From NCBI GenBank assembly GCA_017654855.1, contig CM030338.1:496001-560000 (forward strand): a stretch of 64,000 nt of DNA. The letters are read 5' to 3'. This document shows positions 60,859-64,000 of this stretch, piece by piece. A program made the translations under genes and the position numbers. The notes under the pieces are model-generated. The model was not told where the DNA came from. It saw only the letters and a program-made list of their open reading frames with translations, and searched no databases. This stretch comes from Podospora anserina (Eukaryota). Position 1 is the first letter of the stretch. The number at the start of each line of letters is the position of its first letter.

Positions 60859-62036
60859 ATGGGCCTCCTTCCTCTCCACCACACCCGCCACCACTCCACC
60901 CCTACTTCCAAAACTCCTCGGTCCTCCCGCACCTCCTCCCCTTCCACGCGGCGACGGTCGGGTATCATCCTCCAGAGGATAGCCTGCTTGCTTATCACTG
61001 TTGCGATAGTAGGGCTCTGGTGCGCAAGGGATCTGGTGTATGACTCGTACACGCTTGCTGCGCTGCCGCTGTTGAAATGGAGGCAGGGTGCCTCGAGTTT
61101 CTATCTCTCGGTGGAGAATGATGGGTTTGATGTAACGTTTGAGTCGTATGATGTTAATCAGACGTCGACCAGGGGAGAAGAAGGATATGAGGATAGGGTG
61201 CCGGGTATATTGCACCATATTGCCCTGGGGCCGCAGGAGAATCAGAAGGAGGGGTGGCAGGAGGCGAGGGAGAGGTGTGTGGAGTTGCATCCTGGGTGGG
61301 AGGCCATGTTGTGGACGGATGAGAAGGCTGATGAGCTGGTGAGGGAGCACTACCCTGAGATGCTGGGGCTGTGGGAGGGGGAAGACGGGTACAGGTATGG
61401 TATTCAGAAAGTGGATGCGCTGAGGTATATGGTTTTGTATCGATATGGGGGTAGGTTTTCTATCTTCTCCGAGTTTGGAAGGTGGCGGCAAAAACTGACT
61501 GGTGTTTCACAGGTGTCATCTTGGATATGGACCTCCAATGCAAGCGCGCCCTCGGCCCTCTCCGCCGCTTCGACTTTGTCGCTCCCGCCGCAAACCCAAC
61601 TGGCTTCTCGATCGGTTTCATGATGGCTGAGAAGGGCAACGAGTTTGTCGGAGAGCTGGTTGCCAACCTGAAGAGGTACAACAGGCACTGGCTCGGACTT
61701 CCCTATCCGACAGTCATGTTCTCGACTGGGTGTCACTACGCCTCCACTATTCATGCCTTCTTCCGCGGTGATCGCAGCAAGTTGAAGATCTTGGGCGGTA
61801 CCAAGGACAACAAAAAGCTGCATATGCTGAGCGGACCTGTCAACACGCCCCTATTCAAGCATCTTGGAAGCTCGAGTTGGCACTCATATGATGCCGCTAT
61901 GATTGTGAATTTGGGCAAGTCGGTGGGTGGGTCACGGTGGAGGCTGCCCATTATGTTTCTGCTTGCTTGTGGGCTGTTTTTCTTGGTTATTAGGAGAATC
62001 AGGAGGAGGAGGAGGGTCGCGAGTCTGAAGGTGTAA
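60859..62036 (+). CDS. GT32 DXD glycosyltransferase (SUR1/GntA-like IPC glycosyltransferase); intron 61451-61512
   Basis: 'VPGILHHI', 'HPGWEAMLWTD', 'IQKVDALRYMVLYRYGG|VILDMD', 'PYPTVMFSTG' and 'HLGSSSWH'. TM helices near both ends. Confidence 0.92.
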
Positions 62037-62523
62037 TGCAAAAGAGTGGAAGGGTGTATCATGACCTCTTTGGATATGGAATGTGAGGCTGGATAATGAC
62101 TGGAGTTACGGAGTTGGATAAGCATGCGGTTGTCACCTTGTGAGTCGTTGGGGTCTTGGGCTAATGATACCTACGGTACTTTGTTGGATAGCAGATTAGC
62201 CATCGGCTGACATCTCTTTATTGTTGTTAATACTTAATAAACATACTCATCTCCTGAACATCATCACATGCGCCGGTGACAATAACTCGGGGCAACAAAG
62301 AAAGTTGTAATAATTGGTACGAATGAAATTAGATTGGTTCTTATCGATCCTGTCCCATGACTTTTGTCTAGGGCTTTTTGCGATGTAGGGCTCGGCCGTT
62401 GAGCAAGGTGTGCCAGGCCTTCAGGAATATTTCCTGGTTGCTTTACATCTGCTGGCTAGGTATGCTGTCCACGCTCCCCTTACCTCTTTTTGGAAGGGGC
62501 GGACATGCTCTCCAACATGTTGC

Positions 62524-62805
62524 TCAGAGTACGGATGTTCTTCTGAGACTTTTGAAAGTCGTACTTGGGGGCTTACCGTTGGGGGTAGAAACAGGAGGGA
62601 GGCTGGCAAGCATGTTTCCAAGCTTGCTGAGGTTCTGTCTGCCCTGCTGGACGTTGTACTTGGCAGGCTGGGGCCTGGGGCCGTACGAAACCTGAGCGGG
62701 AGGCCCGGCCCAAGACTGACTCTGCTTCGTCGTGTTACTCCTCGAACACTTGGCTGAGTCCCGAGTTGGGTTGAGCAGGTTGCTGATGTTCATTCTGAAA
62801 GACAT
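62524..62805 (-). CDS. Possible small orphan protein beginning MSFRMNISNLLN
   Basis: AAAGATGT start context with TA-repeat/TATA elements upstream. The N-terminus resembles the fungal 'MSISSLLN' short motif. May be frameshifted. Confidence 0.3.
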   Translation of the reverse strand: MSFRMNISNLLNPTRDSAKCSRSNTTKQSQSWAGPPAQVSYGPRPQPAKYNVQQGRQNLSKLGNMLASLPPVSTPNGKPPSTTFKSLRRTSVL

Positions 62806-63904
62806 CTTTGGTTATGGTGTCGGTAGGGACTGACTTGGTTGGGTATATATATATACACATATTCGTTGACAAATGGAATAGATGGTTGTGATTGATTGAC
62901 TGAGGTGCGTTGGCCTGAAGAATTGAATTTGATGGTGAACTAGAGGGCTCTATATATCTACTTCGAGTCACAAAGAATCATGTCCCGTGGCAGTAGAGGA
63001 TCGCTTGAACATAGGAGTTGTTCTTTAAAATAGCGGTTACAACAAAGGAGCCCTCCGCAAATAAGGATTTCCTTTTTTGCAAGGAAAGATATTGTAATCG
63101 TCAAATAGGAAAGACAAAGGCACGTTCTTCTCATAGTAACAAGTCTATTATCGGCATCAGTAACTTGCAAGGAACTGCATCTTAGCTGATCCTCAAGCTA
63201 TGCTACCTGTTATTTGGACTGCCTTTCCTTGGAAGATCGTTCGATCATGTCTAGACCAACTTACAACCATGAGAGTCGTTGCACTTTTAATTTTAAAGCA
63301 AATACTTTATCGGCTCAGTTTCGATCTTAGCTGCAGCTGTTGGATCCGCAGCCCGTACGTTCCATAAGGCCGCCCCCCTTTTTACCCCTTTCAGTCCGGA
63401 TGGTTCAACGTCCCTGCATCATGCTACATCTAGTACGGACCATGGATATGAATGGTAAGAATGCGGGGCACTGATACCCACCAAGTCGCACACGAGGTGA
63501 CACTGCAGGCTGTTGACGAACAAGCCCAGGGGATGCAGCTTATGATTTGACAGTTAGCAGTCATATTCTACCATCTCTTCCTTTGACATAGGTAAAAGTG
63601 AGCTGTAAGTGCAAGCGAACCAAGAAATATGGTTGGCTTGGAATTTAATGCAACCTCACATGATGGCTAACCGTTCTGTCGCGAGATGGGCGACTACTTG
63701 AAGCCTCATTCACACACCGAGCGTTTCTCAGCCCCCCGTTCCACTGATTCAGTCGTACATCACCGCTGATGTCTGGTCATTCCGGTTTGGCTCCCCAGTC
63801 CCTTCCAGAGATCAAGTCTCACTGCTCATCCATAAAACCCTCTTTGTCCTCATCACGGTTCCTGCATCCATTAACCTCCTGTAATCATGCCCACAGCAGC
63901 TAAC

Positions 63905-64000
63905 ATGACCCGCCTTTTTGTCTCTGTACTTGCGCTCTTTCTTGCCAGGTAGCATCCCCCTTCAAGAACTACATATTTCATCGCAGACTAATCTCGAGCA
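63905..64000 (+). CDS. 5' end of a probable secreted-protein gene, truncated by the window edge
   Basis: AACATG-MTRLFVSVLALFLA (signal-peptide-like), then a GTAGCA donor at 63949 and a CTAAT branch point near 63988. Confidence 0.45.

Overview
Eukaryotic, intron-containing DNA from a filamentous ascomycete. The GT..AG introns with CTRAC branch points and the gene set point to Sordariales; Podospora-like is my inference only. Core genes: LrgB-like membrane protein, Pin1/Ess1 parvulin, RPB9, mitochondrial uL14, SET9, a BTB protein, ACC1, NudE, a Nudix hydrolase, an AA9 LPMO, a DIP5-like amino-acid permease, a DUF1308-like protein and an FSH1 esterase, plus tRNA-Lys(CTT) and tRNA-Ser(TGA). Accessory stretches at about 12.9-18.5 kb and 41-47 kb hold two head-to-head solo LTRs, gene relics and orphan genes. 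Top observations: (1) the 669-nt first intron of RPB9 continues exon 1 in frame for 126 codons, giving an alternative Cys-rich, acidic C-terminus followed by 3'UTR-like sequence, so there may be a second Rpb9 isoform with a swapped C-terminal zinc module; (2) a stand-alone 132-aa velvet-like protein; (3) a nucleotide-sugar transporter, PIG-L deacetylase and GT32 cluster resembling the GlcN-IPC glycosphingolipid cluster of Aspergillus fumigatus; (4) two inverted solo LTRs with shared 3' halves and different motif arrays in their 5' halves. All exon boundaries were read by eye and no searches were run.
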